Assembly: GCA_965247115.1 (NCBI GenBank)
Contig: CBDFGR010000003.1
Span: 288,001-352,000 of the forward strand
Source of the DNA: Myxococcota bacterium
GTDB taxonomy: Bacteria; Myxococcota_A; UBA9160; SZUA-336
DNA length: 64,000 nt
Direction: 5' to 3'
The position numbers were made by a program, and so were the translations under genes. Of the stretch, positions 10,414 through 19,783 are shown piece after piece (within the stretch, counting starts at the first letter, position 1; each line of letters opens with the position of its first letter). The notes under the pieces are model-generated. The model did not search any database and was not told the DNA's origin. It saw only the letters and a program-made list of their open reading frames with translations.

Positions 10414-11436
10414 CTAGAGCCGGGGGATGACCTCGCGGGCGAACCAGGTCTTGAAGGTCGCGCCAGGTTCGGGCATCGGAACGGGGTGAGGGACGATGAT
10501 GTCGACGCGCGGTGCCTGTGCCAGCACCTGACGGAGCTGCTGCGCGATGTCGGCCGCGGATCCGAAGAGCGAGAAGCTCTGCGCCGCTTCTTCGGACAGG
10601 AAGTCGACCACCCGGCCCGCATGCTTCAGGTCTGCCGCGTGGTGGAAGTCGGGCCAGACCTGCTTCTTCAGCTCCTCCACGGGGGGTCCGTCCCAAGCGA
10701 GCTTCGGTATCTCGAACAGCGCCGGACTGTACTCGTAGAACCCTGCCGCCATGGCGCGTGAGATGGAGTGGGCGGCCGCCTGCTCGTCGGGCGTGATCAC
10801 GTGAAACACCAGACCGATGCCGAGGGCATCGGGGTCCCGACCCGCTTCCAGAGCCCCCGCTCGCACCGCGTCGAACGCGGCTTGCAGGTTGTCGGGGTGG
10901 CGCCCGACGCGCAGGAACACTCCGTCCGCGACGCGGCCGGCCATTCGAAGAGTGCGAGGTCCCCCGGCCGCGATCCAGACCGGAGCGGGGCGGGCGTGGA
11001 ACAGGCGTGCCGGACGCTCGGCTCCGACCTCGACCTTCTCTCCCGCGAGCAGCCGGCGAATCAAAGTCGTCGAGTCTTCCAGCTTGCGCACGCTCGCCGG
11101 CTGCTTGCCGAGCCAGCGGACCGCCGTGTCCCCTACCCCGTATACCAGCAACGCTCGACCGTCGGAGACCTCGTCCAGCGTCGCGATCGATCCCGCGGTT
11201 ACCGCGGGGTGACTCAGCACCGCGTTGTCGATCAGTAGACCCAGGCGGATCGTAGAGGTCTCGCGCGCGGCGGCGGCGAGCATCACATACGGGTCGCGCA
11301 TCGCGAGCGGGTTCGACGGACTCAGTGCATATCCGTAACCCAGGTCCTCTGCGAGCTTCACGTCGGCGACGAGCTCGTCAACCGACCTCCAGTTGAATCG
11401 ATTCAGTCCAAAGGTCGGAGACCGCTCGCTCGGCAC
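10414..11436 (-). CDS. LLM-class flavin-dependent oxidoreductase (Mer-like)
   Basis: DPYVML, ATLDEVSDGRA and WIAAGGPRTLRMAGRVADG motifs. The start is approximate. Confidence 0.85.
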   Translation of the reverse strand: MPSERSPTFGLNRFNWRSVDELVADVKLAEDLGYGYALSPSNPLAMRDPYVMLAAAARETSTIRLGLLIDNAVLSHPAVTAGSIATLDEVSDGRALLVYGVGDTAVRWLGKQPASVRKLEDSTTLIRRLLAGEKVEVGAERPARLFHARPAPVWIAAGGPRTLRMAGRVADGVFLRVGRHPDNLQAAFDAVRAGALEAGRDPDALGIGLVFHVITPDEQAAAHSISRAMAAGFYEYSPALFEIPKLAWDGPPVEELKKQVWPDFHHAADLKHAGRVVDFLSEEAAQSFSLFGSAADIAQQLRQVLAQAPRVDIIVPHPVPMPEPGATFKTWFAREVIPRL

Positions 11437-11534
11437 TATTCGCCCAGTATAGTCCACACCATAATCCGACGGTCGCAGTGGTATAGTTGCACAACGACCC
11501 TTCTCTTGGACCTCCGGTGCATCGAGGTAAATCA

Positions 11535-12368
11535 ATGCTAGAAGAGTTCAGTCTTGCAGGTAAGCGTGCACTGATCACGGGCGGGAGCACAGGCCTGGGT
11601 CGCGCCATGGGACTTGTCTTCTCGGAAGCAGGCGCAGATGTTGCCCTGGCCGCTCGCACCGTCGAGAACCTGGAGGCTGCGGCCTCGGAGATCGAGAAGA
11701 ACGGTCACAAGGTGGTGACGATCCCCACCGACGTGTCAGATTCCGCCTCGGTGGATGCCATGGTGACCCAGGCCACCGCAGAGCTGGGCGGCATCGACGT
11801 CCTCGTCAACAACGCTGGTGCCGCGACAGGCGGACCGGTTGCCGCGCTTCCGGAGCCACCCGCTCCGGAGTTCAGCTCTGGATACAGCAACCCAGCGGAG
11901 TACTCCTCGTCCCTTCCCGACAACGAGTGGCACGCGGTCATGGAGACGAATCTCAGCGGTCCGTTCTACGCCTGTCGGGCGGTTGGTCCGCAGATGATGG
12001 AGCAGCGTTACGGGAAGGTCATCAACATCGCTTCGACGAATGCGGTCCTGGCGTACCCCTATGGAGCTCCCTACCAGACCAGCAAGGCGGGATTGAAGAT
12101 GTTCACCAAGGTTCTGGCGATGGAGTGGGCCCAGTTCAACGTCAACGTCAACTGCATCATGCCCGGCTGGTTCGTCACGGAGATGACGCGCATGGGCTTC
12201 GATGACCCGGAGTGGCGACGACAGCGGGAAGAGGGCCTACCCCTGAAGCGTCTCACGAGCAACCGGGACCTGGGTCTGCTGGCCCTGTACCTCGCGTCGC
12301 CCGCGTCGGATTGGATGACTGGCCAGGTCATAGCGCTCGATGGAGGCGAGACCGCGCCCTTCAACTGA
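11535..12368 (+). CDS. Short-chain dehydrogenase/reductase
   Basis: TGGSTGLG, NNAG and YQTSK motifs. Confidence 0.93.
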   Translation: MLEEFSLAGKRALITGGSTGLGRAMGLVFSEAGADVALAARTVENLEAAASEIEKNGHKVVTIPTDVSDSASVDAMVTQATAELGGIDVLVNNAGAATGGPVAALPEPPAPEFSSGYSNPAEYSSSLPDNEWHAVMETNLSGPFYACRAVGPQMMEQRYGKVINIASTNAVLAYPYGAPYQTSKAGLKMFTKVLAMEWAQFNVNVNCIMPGWFVTEMTRMGFDDPEWRRQREEGLPLKRLTSNRDLGLLALYLASPASDWMTGQVIALDGGETAPFN

Positions 12369-12415
12369 GAGCCTCGTCGGTTGGGCGTACAAGGCCCCTG
12401 GGGCAAGGAGATCAC

Positions 12416-12784
12416 ATGGCACTGGGTAAAGAGCTCGGAAACTTCTCATTCAAGATCACGACCACAAGCTTCTCGGACGAGCGGGGGGCCGTCGTCGACT
12501 GCGACGGAACGGCTGACAACTTCGGCATGGTTCTGGGCACTCTGACGTTCCATGGAGGGGACCCGAACGAGCCGAACGGGTGGCTCAGCTGGCGCGGCCA
12601 GGCCTTTCTCGAGACCGGCCAGGCGCTGAGCTCGGTCGGTGAGGGCTCCTACGAAGCCCTCGACAACCACAAGTGGCGAACCAGGCTCATCATCACCATC
12701 TCTGATGGCCGCATCTTCGCCTCCGACGGCATGCTAGATCTCGAGAAGCGCTCCGTTGCGGGCAAGAACCTGGAGTGGAGCTGA
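12416..12784 (+). CDS. Hypothetical beta-rich protein (122 aa)
   Basis: AAGGAG ribosome-binding site before the ATG and coding-like codon usage. Confidence 0.65.
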   Translation: MALGKELGNFSFKITTTSFSDERGAVVDCDGTADNFGMVLGTLTFHGGDPNEPNGWLSWRGQAFLETGQALSSVGEGSYEALDNHKWRTRLIITISDGRIFASDGMLDLEKRSVAGKNLEWS

Positions 12785-12880
12785 GCGCAGACAGACCGAT
12801 GTGAAACCTCGCCACTGTCCCCGGGGACGGTGACGCAGATTCACGTCACGCTCCCACCTCACCCTGCCGATAGGCGTGGC

Positions 12881-14092
12881 ATGAGGCGAGTGTGGACCAG
12901 TCTGGGAGTGGGTCTCGGTCTGCTCGTACTCGGGGTGCCCGGCTGGATCGCGTACCACAGCCGCGATCTGGCGTCGGTCGACGAGAGTGGCCTCCTGGTC
13001 GAGGACCGGCCGCCCCTCCTTCCCGCCGAGAACGCGGCCGTCCCGCTGGCTCATGCCGCGCGGCTGCTGGACTGGCCGAGCGGTGAGGGCACGATGGAAC
13101 GGGTGCGAGACATCCGCAACAGGGCCAGCTCGGATTCTGAAAGCGCCAGGGCCCTGGTCCGGCGCAACGAAGGCGCGCTCGAGTCGTTGCGGCAGGCGAT
13201 GCTGATCCGGGAGATTGAGATCTCCGCTGAGGAGCTCCTGCCAACCGGCAACTCTCCGGGGGTCTCGCCGTTCGTGCTGTGGCTCCGCCTGCTCGAGATC
13301 CACCACGTGCAGGAGGCGTTGCGGATGGCCGAGGGCGATGGGGAGGGGGCATACCAGGATGCGCTTGTCGGGCTGCGCCTGGCAGATCGCATGCACAGCT
13401 CGCGAGGTGCCGCGCTGCCGCACGCCCTGCTGGCAATCAGCCTCGGGAACTCGGCCCTCTTGCAACTGCGGGTCCTCCTGCCGGGCTGGACCGTTGATCG
13501 TGTCAGTGCCCGGAGTCTGATCGGCGCGATCGAGGACTCGCGCCTCGACCCCGATAGCTGGGCACGAATCTGGGCTGGCGAGTACCGCCAGCTGCGGGCG
13601 GTGTACACCGAAGAGATCCAGTCGCAGGCCTCGCCTGCTTTTGTGCCGACCAGCTACGTGTTCCATCCCAACCGCACCCTGCAGCGTCTGGCGGGCGTGT
13701 ACCGAGAGCTCCAGAGCAACTCGAGGGTCGTCTGCAGCCAGCAACACGTGCTCCAGGGCCAGCAGCCGAACAGCAGGCTCGAGCTTTTCGGGCTCATACT
13801 CGAACCGAACAGCATCGGAAACATCCTGCACGAGACGATGGTCCCACCGTTCGGTGACCAACGCTTCCGTTGCGACCTCGTATCATCCGCTTCTGCAGTC
13901 CAGGTCGCGATCGCGCTCAAGGCGCACCTCGACGCCGAAGGCGAGCTACCGGCATCTCTGTCCGAGCTGGTCCCCGAGCTCCTCGACGAGGTTCCCCGCG
14001 ACGGCTTCCGTGGCGAGCCCCTTCGCTACGCTCGCGCCGAGAGAGCGCTCTACCTGACGGACGGTGGCGAGGCCTGGCGTCTGGGGTTCTGA
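12881..14092 (+). CDS. Membrane-anchored hypothetical protein with a pseudopilin(GspG)-like C-terminal motif
   Basis: N-terminal transmembrane segment; C-terminal ALKAHLDAEGELPASLSELVP...PRDGFRGEPLRY. Confidence 0.65.
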   Translation: MRRVWTSLGVGLGLLVLGVPGWIAYHSRDLASVDESGLLVEDRPPLLPAENAAVPLAHAARLLDWPSGEGTMERVRDIRNRASSDSESARALVRRNEGALESLRQAMLIREIEISAEELLPTGNSPGVSPFVLWLRLLEIHHVQEALRMAEGDGEGAYQDALVGLRLADRMHSSRGAALPHALLAISLGNSALLQLRVLLPGWTVDRVSARSLIGAIEDSRLDPDSWARIWAGEYRQLRAVYTEEIQSQASPAFVPTSYVFHPNRTLQRLAGVYRELQSNSRVVCSQQHVLQGQQPNSRLELFGLILEPNSIGNILHETMVPPFGDQRFRCDLVSSASAVQVAIALKAHLDAEGELPASLSELVPELLDEVPRDGFRGEPLRYARAERALYLTDGGEAWRLGF

Positions 14093-14119
14093 GGCTCCGG
14101 CCTCCGAGCCGGGTCACCC

Positions 14120-14407
14120 CTATCGCTGACGCAGGCGTGCGATCGTGGCGCCCCAGGCGCCCCGTCCGGGGAGGCCGTCGAAGAACTCCTCGACCAGAGG
14201 ATTGCCGCGCAGAATCTGCTGCACGCGGCCGCGCTGCACGCCCTTGCCCTTGCCGTGGATCAGGCGGACCTCGCGAAAGCCTCGCTCTGCCGCTGCTTCC
14301 AGGTAGGCCTCTACAACAGCGGGAATGTCGCGGGGCGCGAACGCGTGCAGGTCGATGGAGTCCTCGATGGGGACCTCGACCACATCGGGCTCCTGGTCCT
14401 CCACCAT
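14120..14407 (-). CDS. Stand-alone Smr (small MutS-related) domain protein
   Basis: IDLH, RLIHGKGKG and GAWGAT motifs. Confidence 0.9.
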   Translation of the reverse strand: MVEDQEPDVVEVPIEDSIDLHAFAPRDIPAVVEAYLEAAAERGFREVRLIHGKGKGVQRGRVQQILRGNPLVEEFFDGLPGRGAWGATIARLRQR

Positions 14408-14439
14408 GCTCCCTACTCGCCTCGTTCGACGGCGGGCGT
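14253..14439. repeat. 187-bp direct repeat, copy A (Smr 5' part plus cytochrome c 3' end)
   Basis: Matches 15163-15349 with about 7 mismatches. Confidence 0.9.
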
Positions 14440-14547
14440 TGTTCTATTCCTCAACCATACGGGAGAGATGATCACCGATTTTAGGAAGCCTCTCGGAGCG
14501 ATTGCTGTTGAGGAGTATCGGGTCTGACCGGTGGTGCCGAGAGCCCG

Positions 14548-15003
14548 TCAGGGCTCCACCGACCAATGCACGTGTACGATGTTCCAGCTCGCGTTCCGGA
14601 GTGCCCACACGGTGGTCATGTAATAGACGATCCGCGGATCGCGGCTCGGATCGGCCCCCTCGGGGATACGCGACTCGACGGGCATGCGGAACGTCGCAAC
14701 TGCGGACTCACCACCGGGTAGCACCTGCACGACCAGGTCTTCGACCCGGGCAGTCCGATTCCCGCCCCCTCCCTCTACGTGCTCAGTCCAGAAATTGTGG
14801 TAGTCCTGATGTGTCCAACGGCCCCTGGCCATGTGGACCGTCATGTCCTTCGCGTAGATCGAGAAGTACGTGTCGAGGTCGTTGGCGCCGTAGGCCTGCA
14901 CGAGCCGGCTCACACCGTCCCTGACTGCGCGGTCGGTGGTTGACTGGGCGAAGACCGGCGTCGAGCCCAGTAGGAGAGCGGTACACGTGAGTCGGACGGC
15001 CAT
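14548..15003 (-). CDS. Secreted NTF2-like (DUF4440/SnoaL-like) protein
   Basis: Signal peptide (VFA-QS) and C-terminal TTVW...WNIVHVHWS. Confidence 0.75.
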   Translation of the reverse strand: MAVRLTCTALLLGSTPVFAQSTTDRAVRDGVSRLVQAYGANDLDTYFSIYAKDMTVHMARGRWTHQDYHNFWTEHVEGGGGNRTARVEDLVVQVLPGGESAVATFRMPVESRIPEGADPSRDPRIVYYMTTVWALRNASWNIVHVHWSVEP

Positions 15004-15162
15004 CCGCCAGCCACTGGGAAGGGTGGATGACGGGATCGGTCGGAATGCCGTGAACATGCGGGGCTCCAGTAGGGTCGCGCTCGGCGAGTAGGAAACGCGC
15101 ACACATTACCACTGGGGTATCGTGTGGGGATAGGGAGTTTAAGAGGGCCTTTCGGGTTCTGA

Positions 15163-15317
15163 CCGTGGATCAGGCGGACCTCGCGAAAGCCCCGCTCTGC
15201 CGCTGCTTCCAGGTAGGCCTCGACAACAGCGGGAATGTCGCGGGGCGCGAACGCGTGCAGGTCGATGGAGTCCTCGATGGGGACCACGACCGCATCGGGC
15301 TCCTGGTCCTCCACGAT
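15163..15317 (-). pseudogene. Truncated Smr copy (part of direct repeat copy B, 15163-15349)
   Basis: Start codon ATG is changed to ATC and homology ends after RLIHG. Confidence 0.8.
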
Positions 15318-15322
15318 GTTCC

Positions 15323-15904
15323 CTACTCGCCTCGTTCGACGGTGGGCGTGGTCGGCGAGGTAAAGAATCCGTTGCGGTTGGGCATGTCGACCTGCGGCAG
15401 CGTCTCTGCGTTCAGCTCCGCGTCGTCTGCCAGAATGCCGTTCTCTGCGAGGAGGTACGCCGTCACGGCGTAGAGCTCGTCCGCCGAGAGCGAGCCCGGC
15501 AGGTCGTAGGGCATGGCTCGTCGCGTGTAGTCGAACAGGGTGGTGGCGTAGGGCCAGTAGCTCCCCACGGTTCTCAACGGGGCTGCCGACGCAAGCGAGC
15601 CCTGGCCGCCCACCAGGGGTGGGAGGGGTCCGTCCTTGCCGCCCGGCCCGTGGCACATCAGACACTTTGCTGCGTACACACGAAAGCCGCCGACGGCAGT
15701 TCCCCGACCGGGTGGGAGCCCCGTTCCGTCGGGCAGCACAACGAGCTGGTATGGGGCCACTTCCTCGGGAGTCGCGGCGCGACCCAGCTCGGGTCCCGGC
15801 TGACGAGAGCTCTCGAGCTCGGGAGCGAGCGCAGCGCCGGCAAGCGACAAGACGATCGAGAGCGCGAGCGCCCCGCTACGCGTAGACGTTTTGAATCTCG
15901 CCAC
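15323..15904 (-). CDS. soxD: Monoheme cytochrome c (SoxD-like)
   Basis: Signal peptide, GLPPGRG, CLMCH and TVGSYWPYATTLFDY..RAMP; overlaps the end of soxC. Confidence 0.8.
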   Translation of the reverse strand: MARFKTSTRSGALALSIVLSLAGAALAPELESSRQPGPELGRAATPEEVAPYQLVVLPDGTGLPPGRGTAVGGFRVYAAKCLMCHGPGGKDGPLPPLVGGQGSLASAAPLRTVGSYWPYATTLFDYTRRAMPYDLPGSLSADELYAVTAYLLAENGILADDAELNAETLPQVDMPNRNGFFTSPTTPTVERGE

Positions 15905-17186
15905 TGGCGCTCACGCTCCAGGTCTGGATCGAATTGTAGTGGTAGACGTTGCCCAGCGAATAGCGCTCGAGCCACGCGGCGCGCGTGGGCTGCCTGGCCC
16001 CGTTCGCGTCGGTCGCACGGCTCTGCAAGAGCGCAGGTCCGCCATCCCAGCGCCACGGGATCCGGAACCGGGTGAGGCAGCGCGACAGGACCGGTTCCTG
16101 TAGCGCAGCGCTGGCCCACGTTGCGCCGCCATCGGCGGACACGTCCACTTGTCGAATCGCGCCCGCCCCAGACCACGCGAGCCCCGAGATCTCGTACAGC
16201 CCGGGTGCCTGCATGGCGAGCCCGCCGGCAGGGTGTGTGATCGTCGACTTGACACCCATCTCGAAGGAGAACTGGCGCGCGCGCCCGTCGGGGAGCAGAT
16301 CGGTGTACTTGGCGGTCTCCTGGCGCGACTGCGCTGGCTGGTCCGTCACCTGGAGCCCGCGCAGCCACTTGACGCTGGCGTTCCCCTCCCAGCCGGGCAG
16401 GAAGAGGCGCAGCGGATAGCCCTGCTCCGGACGCAGCCGTTCCCCGTTCTGGTAGAGCGCCACGAGCGCGTCGTCGAGAGCCTTTTCGAGTGGGATGCTC
16501 CGGTTCATGGCCACCGCGTCTGCCCCCTCCGCGATCACCCAGCGCGCTCCGGGCTCGATCCCGGCCTCGTCCAGGAGCACCGCGAGCGGGACGCCCGTCC
16601 ACTCGCAGCATGACACCAATCCGTGTAGTCTTCCGCACGAGACGGTTGGAGGCTCCGGGGCCGTATTGAAGGCGCTGTTGCCAGAACACTCGAGGAAATA
16701 GAGCCTGCTCGTGGTGGGGTAGCGGAGCAGAGCCTCTACATCAAAGCTCAGGGGCCGCCGAACCCGCCCGTGGATCAGCAGTCGATGCTGGTCGGGATCG
16801 ATGTCGGGCACACCCGCGTGATGCCGCTCGAAGTGCAGCCCGTTTGGCGTGATGATCCCCGCCAGGCGTTCCAGCGGGGTCCGCGAGCTCGCCGCACCCG
16901 GCGCCAGCTCGGGATAGCGCTGCAAGAGCAGCCGCTGCACATGTTCCTCCCGACGCGACGGCACCCCATACCCGCTGACGGGCGCACCCGGCACCTGCAT
17001 CCACGGCGGCCGCTGCTCTGCGCCAGGCGCCTCAGCGTGCAAAGCCGCAGCCACCGGCGCTGCGCGCAGCAGCCCGCCGCCACCAGCCCAGGCAGCAGCG
17101 CTTGCCAGAAACGCGCGCCGATCAAGCAGGCCGCGGCCCGCGACCGCGATCCGAAGGAGATCCGAACCACTCCCACTCTGTGTCAT
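15876..17186 (-). CDS. soxC: Sulfite dehydrogenase molybdopterin subunit
   Basis: Tat motif DRRAFL, ITPNGLHFERHH, LECSGN, EQGYPLRL and GLAWSG. Confidence 0.9.
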   Translation of the reverse strand: MTQSGSGSDLLRIAVAGRGLLDRRAFLASAAAWAGGGGLLRAAPVAAALHAEAPGAEQRPPWMQVPGAPVSGYGVPSRREEHVQRLLLQRYPELAPGAASSRTPLERLAGIITPNGLHFERHHAGVPDIDPDQHRLLIHGRVRRPLSFDVEALLRYPTTSRLYFLECSGNSAFNTAPEPPTVSCGRLHGLVSCCEWTGVPLAVLLDEAGIEPGARWVIAEGADAVAMNRSIPLEKALDDALVALYQNGERLRPEQGYPLRLFLPGWEGNASVKWLRGLQVTDQPAQSRQETAKYTDLLPDGRARQFSFEMGVKSTITHPAGGLAMQAPGLYEISGLAWSGAGAIRQVDVSADGGATWASAALQEPVLSRCLTRFRIPWRWDGGPALLQSRATDANGARQPTRAAWLERYSLGNVYHYNSIQTWSVSASGEIQNVYA

Positions 17187-17335
17187 GTTCTTGCCCCGAA
17201 GAGTGCAGTGACGGCAGTCTACTCCCGGAGTCCCGGGTCGTCCGGAAGCTGAGCCAGGTTCCAGGCAACAAGCGATGGAGAAAGGCTCCCTCGAAGCTAC
17301 TCTATGCTGCAATCGTCACTAGCTTGGGGATCGCC

Positions 17336-17434
17336 ATGGCAAACAAGGACCGGGGGAAGCGGCAGGTAAAAACCAAGCCCAAACTGACGAAGAAGGAGAA
17401 GAAGGCAAAGAAGATCGCGAAGAAGGGCAGGTAG
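17336..17434 (+). CDS. Small lysine-rich protein (32 aa)
   Basis: MANKDRGKRQVKTKPKLTKKEKKAKKIAKKGR, preceded by GGGGA; AAG-rich codons. Confidence 0.5.
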   Translation: MANKDRGKRQVKTKPKLTKKEKKAKKIAKKGR

Positions 17435-17478
17435 CCGGCCGTGTCGCCATCGCAGGAGGCTGGCTGTACTATGGAGCC

Positions 17479-18186
17479 ATGACGAGCTTTCCGAGCCACC
17501 TTCCGCATGGATCCCTGACTTCGGTCGTCGATGGCGTCTACTGCGTCCGTGGCTCGTTCGGGATGGGCCCCGGAGTGATCATCAGTAGAACGATGACCGT
17601 CGTGGACACCGCCGACGGACTCGTCGTGCTCAACGCGATCCGCCTATCGGACTCGGCGCAGGCCGAGCTCGACGCACTGGGGCAGGTGAAGCACCTGGTC
17701 AAGCTGAGCGACTCGCACTCGATCGACGAGCCGTTCTACGCCGACCGCTACAAGCCTGCAGTCTGGTCACTCCCGGGAGCGGCGATGGACCATCTCAGTG
17801 TCGACCGCTCTCTCGCACAGGAGGGTCCGGTCGCCGGTGGTGTCGTCGTCGACTACGGCGAAACGCAAGGCTGGCGCGAGGGTGCGTATCTGGTTCCCAT
17901 GGGTGGCGGCACGCTGGTGACCTGCGACGCGATCGGGAATTACGCAGATACCGAACGCGCGTCCTTCCTCGGCCGCGTCCTTACATCCCTGATGGGATTC
18001 AAGGGCGGGGTGGTCGTTCCGCCGATGTGGAGGCGCTTCCAAAAGCTCAAGGGGCCACGCGTTGCCGAGACCCTTTCGGGCCTGGCGGATCTCTCGTTCG
18101 CGAATCTCGTGACGGGGCACGGCCCTCCGGTCGTGGGTGGAGCCGATGCCCTGGTCCGCTCGGCAATCGAGCGCGCCTCTACCTGA
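17479..18186 (+). CDS. Hypothetical protein, metallo-beta-lactamase-like fold
   Basis: RTMTVV...LVVLN, HSID, TLVTCD and VTGHG motifs. Confidence 0.65.
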   Translation: MTSFPSHLPHGSLTSVVDGVYCVRGSFGMGPGVIISRTMTVVDTADGLVVLNAIRLSDSAQAELDALGQVKHLVKLSDSHSIDEPFYADRYKPAVWSLPGAAMDHLSVDRSLAQEGPVAGGVVVDYGETQGWREGAYLVPMGGGTLVTCDAIGNYADTERASFLGRVLTSLMGFKGGVVVPPMWRRFQKLKGPRVAETLSGLADLSFANLVTGHGPPVVGGADALVRSAIERAST

Positions 18187-18236
18187 GCTGCAAACAACCC
18201 GTCCGGGTCCTAAGCCCCGAGGCTGTACGGCGACGG

Positions 18237-19736
18237 TCAGAACGCCCAGCGGACGGCCAGGTAGCCCAGGTAGCTCCAGTCGCCCCGCCGCGGGCCAAAC
18301 GCACGGGCCGCCCGGAATCCCGAGACGACGAGCTGGAGCTCGAAGCGCTCCCACTCCTCGATCGCCAGCACCAGGTCGATCTCCTGTCCCAGGTCGCGAT
18401 CGGCCCCGGTGAGCTCGACCTCCAGGAGGGAATCGCGCAGAGAGGACGCGGGCTCCACCTGGCGGTAGCGGTGGTAGACCAGATCGAGGGAGCTCGATTG
18501 GAGGAGCGAGAAGCCCACGCCGACGGTCGAGACCGCAAGGTTCGAGAGCTCGGGGTCGAGCAGCACCCCGTAGCGGCCGAAGCGTTCGACACCCCCGAAG
18601 CCGGACTCGTTCGACTGAATGCCCGTCTGGCGAAACGAGCGGTCCGCGCCGTTGTCAGGGGTCGAGTCGCCAGAGCCGAACGCGTAGCCCCCGAAGACGC
18701 GCGGCTCCCAGGCGAGCGGCAGCATCCAGCTCAGGCCCACGTCCATGGCCCAGCCGCTCACGTCCCGTCGGGTGACACCCTGCGCCTGGCTCCTGTCTGG
18801 CGATAGCGCCTCGAACTCGATCAGGCGCTCCTCCCCTCGAACCGTCGCCGTGTCGAGCCAGTAGCCCAGGATTCCCCGCGAGCGGAGATCCATCACGCCC
18901 GTGAGCCGTGCACCGAGCCAGGTCAGCCGGGCGTCCGATTCGTCCTCGCGCTCGTCAGACACGATCTCGCCCACGCGCTCGCTGGACGAGTGATCGTTCT
19001 GATACAGCATGGTGAGCTCGAGCGCGTGGTTCGGACGCCAGTCCCACGAGACCTCGCCAAACAATCGCAGGACCCGGTCGTGCTGGGGGTCCACGTGATC
19101 GTGATCCGATCGGGCCGGCGCAAGCTCGCGCGCTAGGGCCAGTGAGAGCTCGAAGGCCTCCGTCTCGTAGGCAACCCGAACCGCGTCGAGCTCTTCGTCC
19201 CACCACCAGGTCCGGTCGTCCTCGAAGTCGAGCCGACCCAGGTCCAGGTTCACGTGGGTACCGGCGATGCCCTCGGTGTAGAGCCACATCTCGCCGCGCT
19301 CCAGGTAGTAGTCGGAGAGCTCCTCGAGGCCGTCATCCAGAAGATCCTGCTCGAGCTGACCGCGGAGCTGCCCGAAGAGCGAGAGAGAGGTGCCGAAGCT
19401 GTAGAACACCTCCAGCTCGAAGCCGTGCGCCAGCAGCAGCCGATCCGGCTCCTGGACCCCGCTTCCCATGACCTGTCGCCGGATGCTCGCGAGCTCGAAC
19501 TCGTACTGGCCACTCACGGTCAGGGGCCGCCCTGCGAGGTCCCTGCTCCAGGGTGTCTTGGGTCGCCGCTTGTCCTCGCGCTCCGTGAGCCGCTCTCTGA
19601 GATCCACGTCCCCGACGGTGGGCGCCGGCTCCGGCGGGCTAGCTGAGGGCTCGGCAGCGGCCACAGCTCCCGACAGCCCCCAGGAGGCCAGTGCGAGCGT
19701 GCATAACAGGTAGGGGCGAAACGAACCGCCTCGCAC
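18237..19736 (-). CDS. Alginate-export (AlgE-like) family outer-membrane porin
   Basis: Signal peptide, RTWWWDEELDA, YAFGSGD, FRQTGIQSN, PELSNL, DLGQEIDL and C-terminal Phe. Confidence 0.8.
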   Translation of the reverse strand: MRGGSFRPYLLCTLALASWGLSGAVAAAEPSASPPEPAPTVGDVDLRERLTEREDKRRPKTPWSRDLAGRPLTVSGQYEFELASIRRQVMGSGVQEPDRLLLAHGFELEVFYSFGTSLSLFGQLRGQLEQDLLDDGLEELSDYYLERGEMWLYTEGIAGTHVNLDLGRLDFEDDRTWWWDEELDAVRVAYETEAFELSLALARELAPARSDHDHVDPQHDRVLRLFGEVSWDWRPNHALELTMLYQNDHSSSERVGEIVSDEREDESDARLTWLGARLTGVMDLRSRGILGYWLDTATVRGEERLIEFEALSPDRSQAQGVTRRDVSGWAMDVGLSWMLPLAWEPRVFGGYAFGSGDSTPDNGADRSFRQTGIQSNESGFGGVERFGRYGVLLDPELSNLAVSTVGVGFSLLQSSSLDLVYHRYRQVEPASSLRDSLLEVELTGADRDLGQEIDLVLAIEEWERFELQLVVSGFRAARAFGPRRGDWSYLGYLAVRWAF

Positions 19737-19783
19737 CCAGGCATCCCTCACTCTTCTGCCCCCCGAGGCCCTTGCCGCAGAAG

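Noticed and set aside
18237..19736. Alginate biosynthesis locus
   Set aside because: No glycosyltransferase, polymerase, epimerase or lyase genes lie near the porin.
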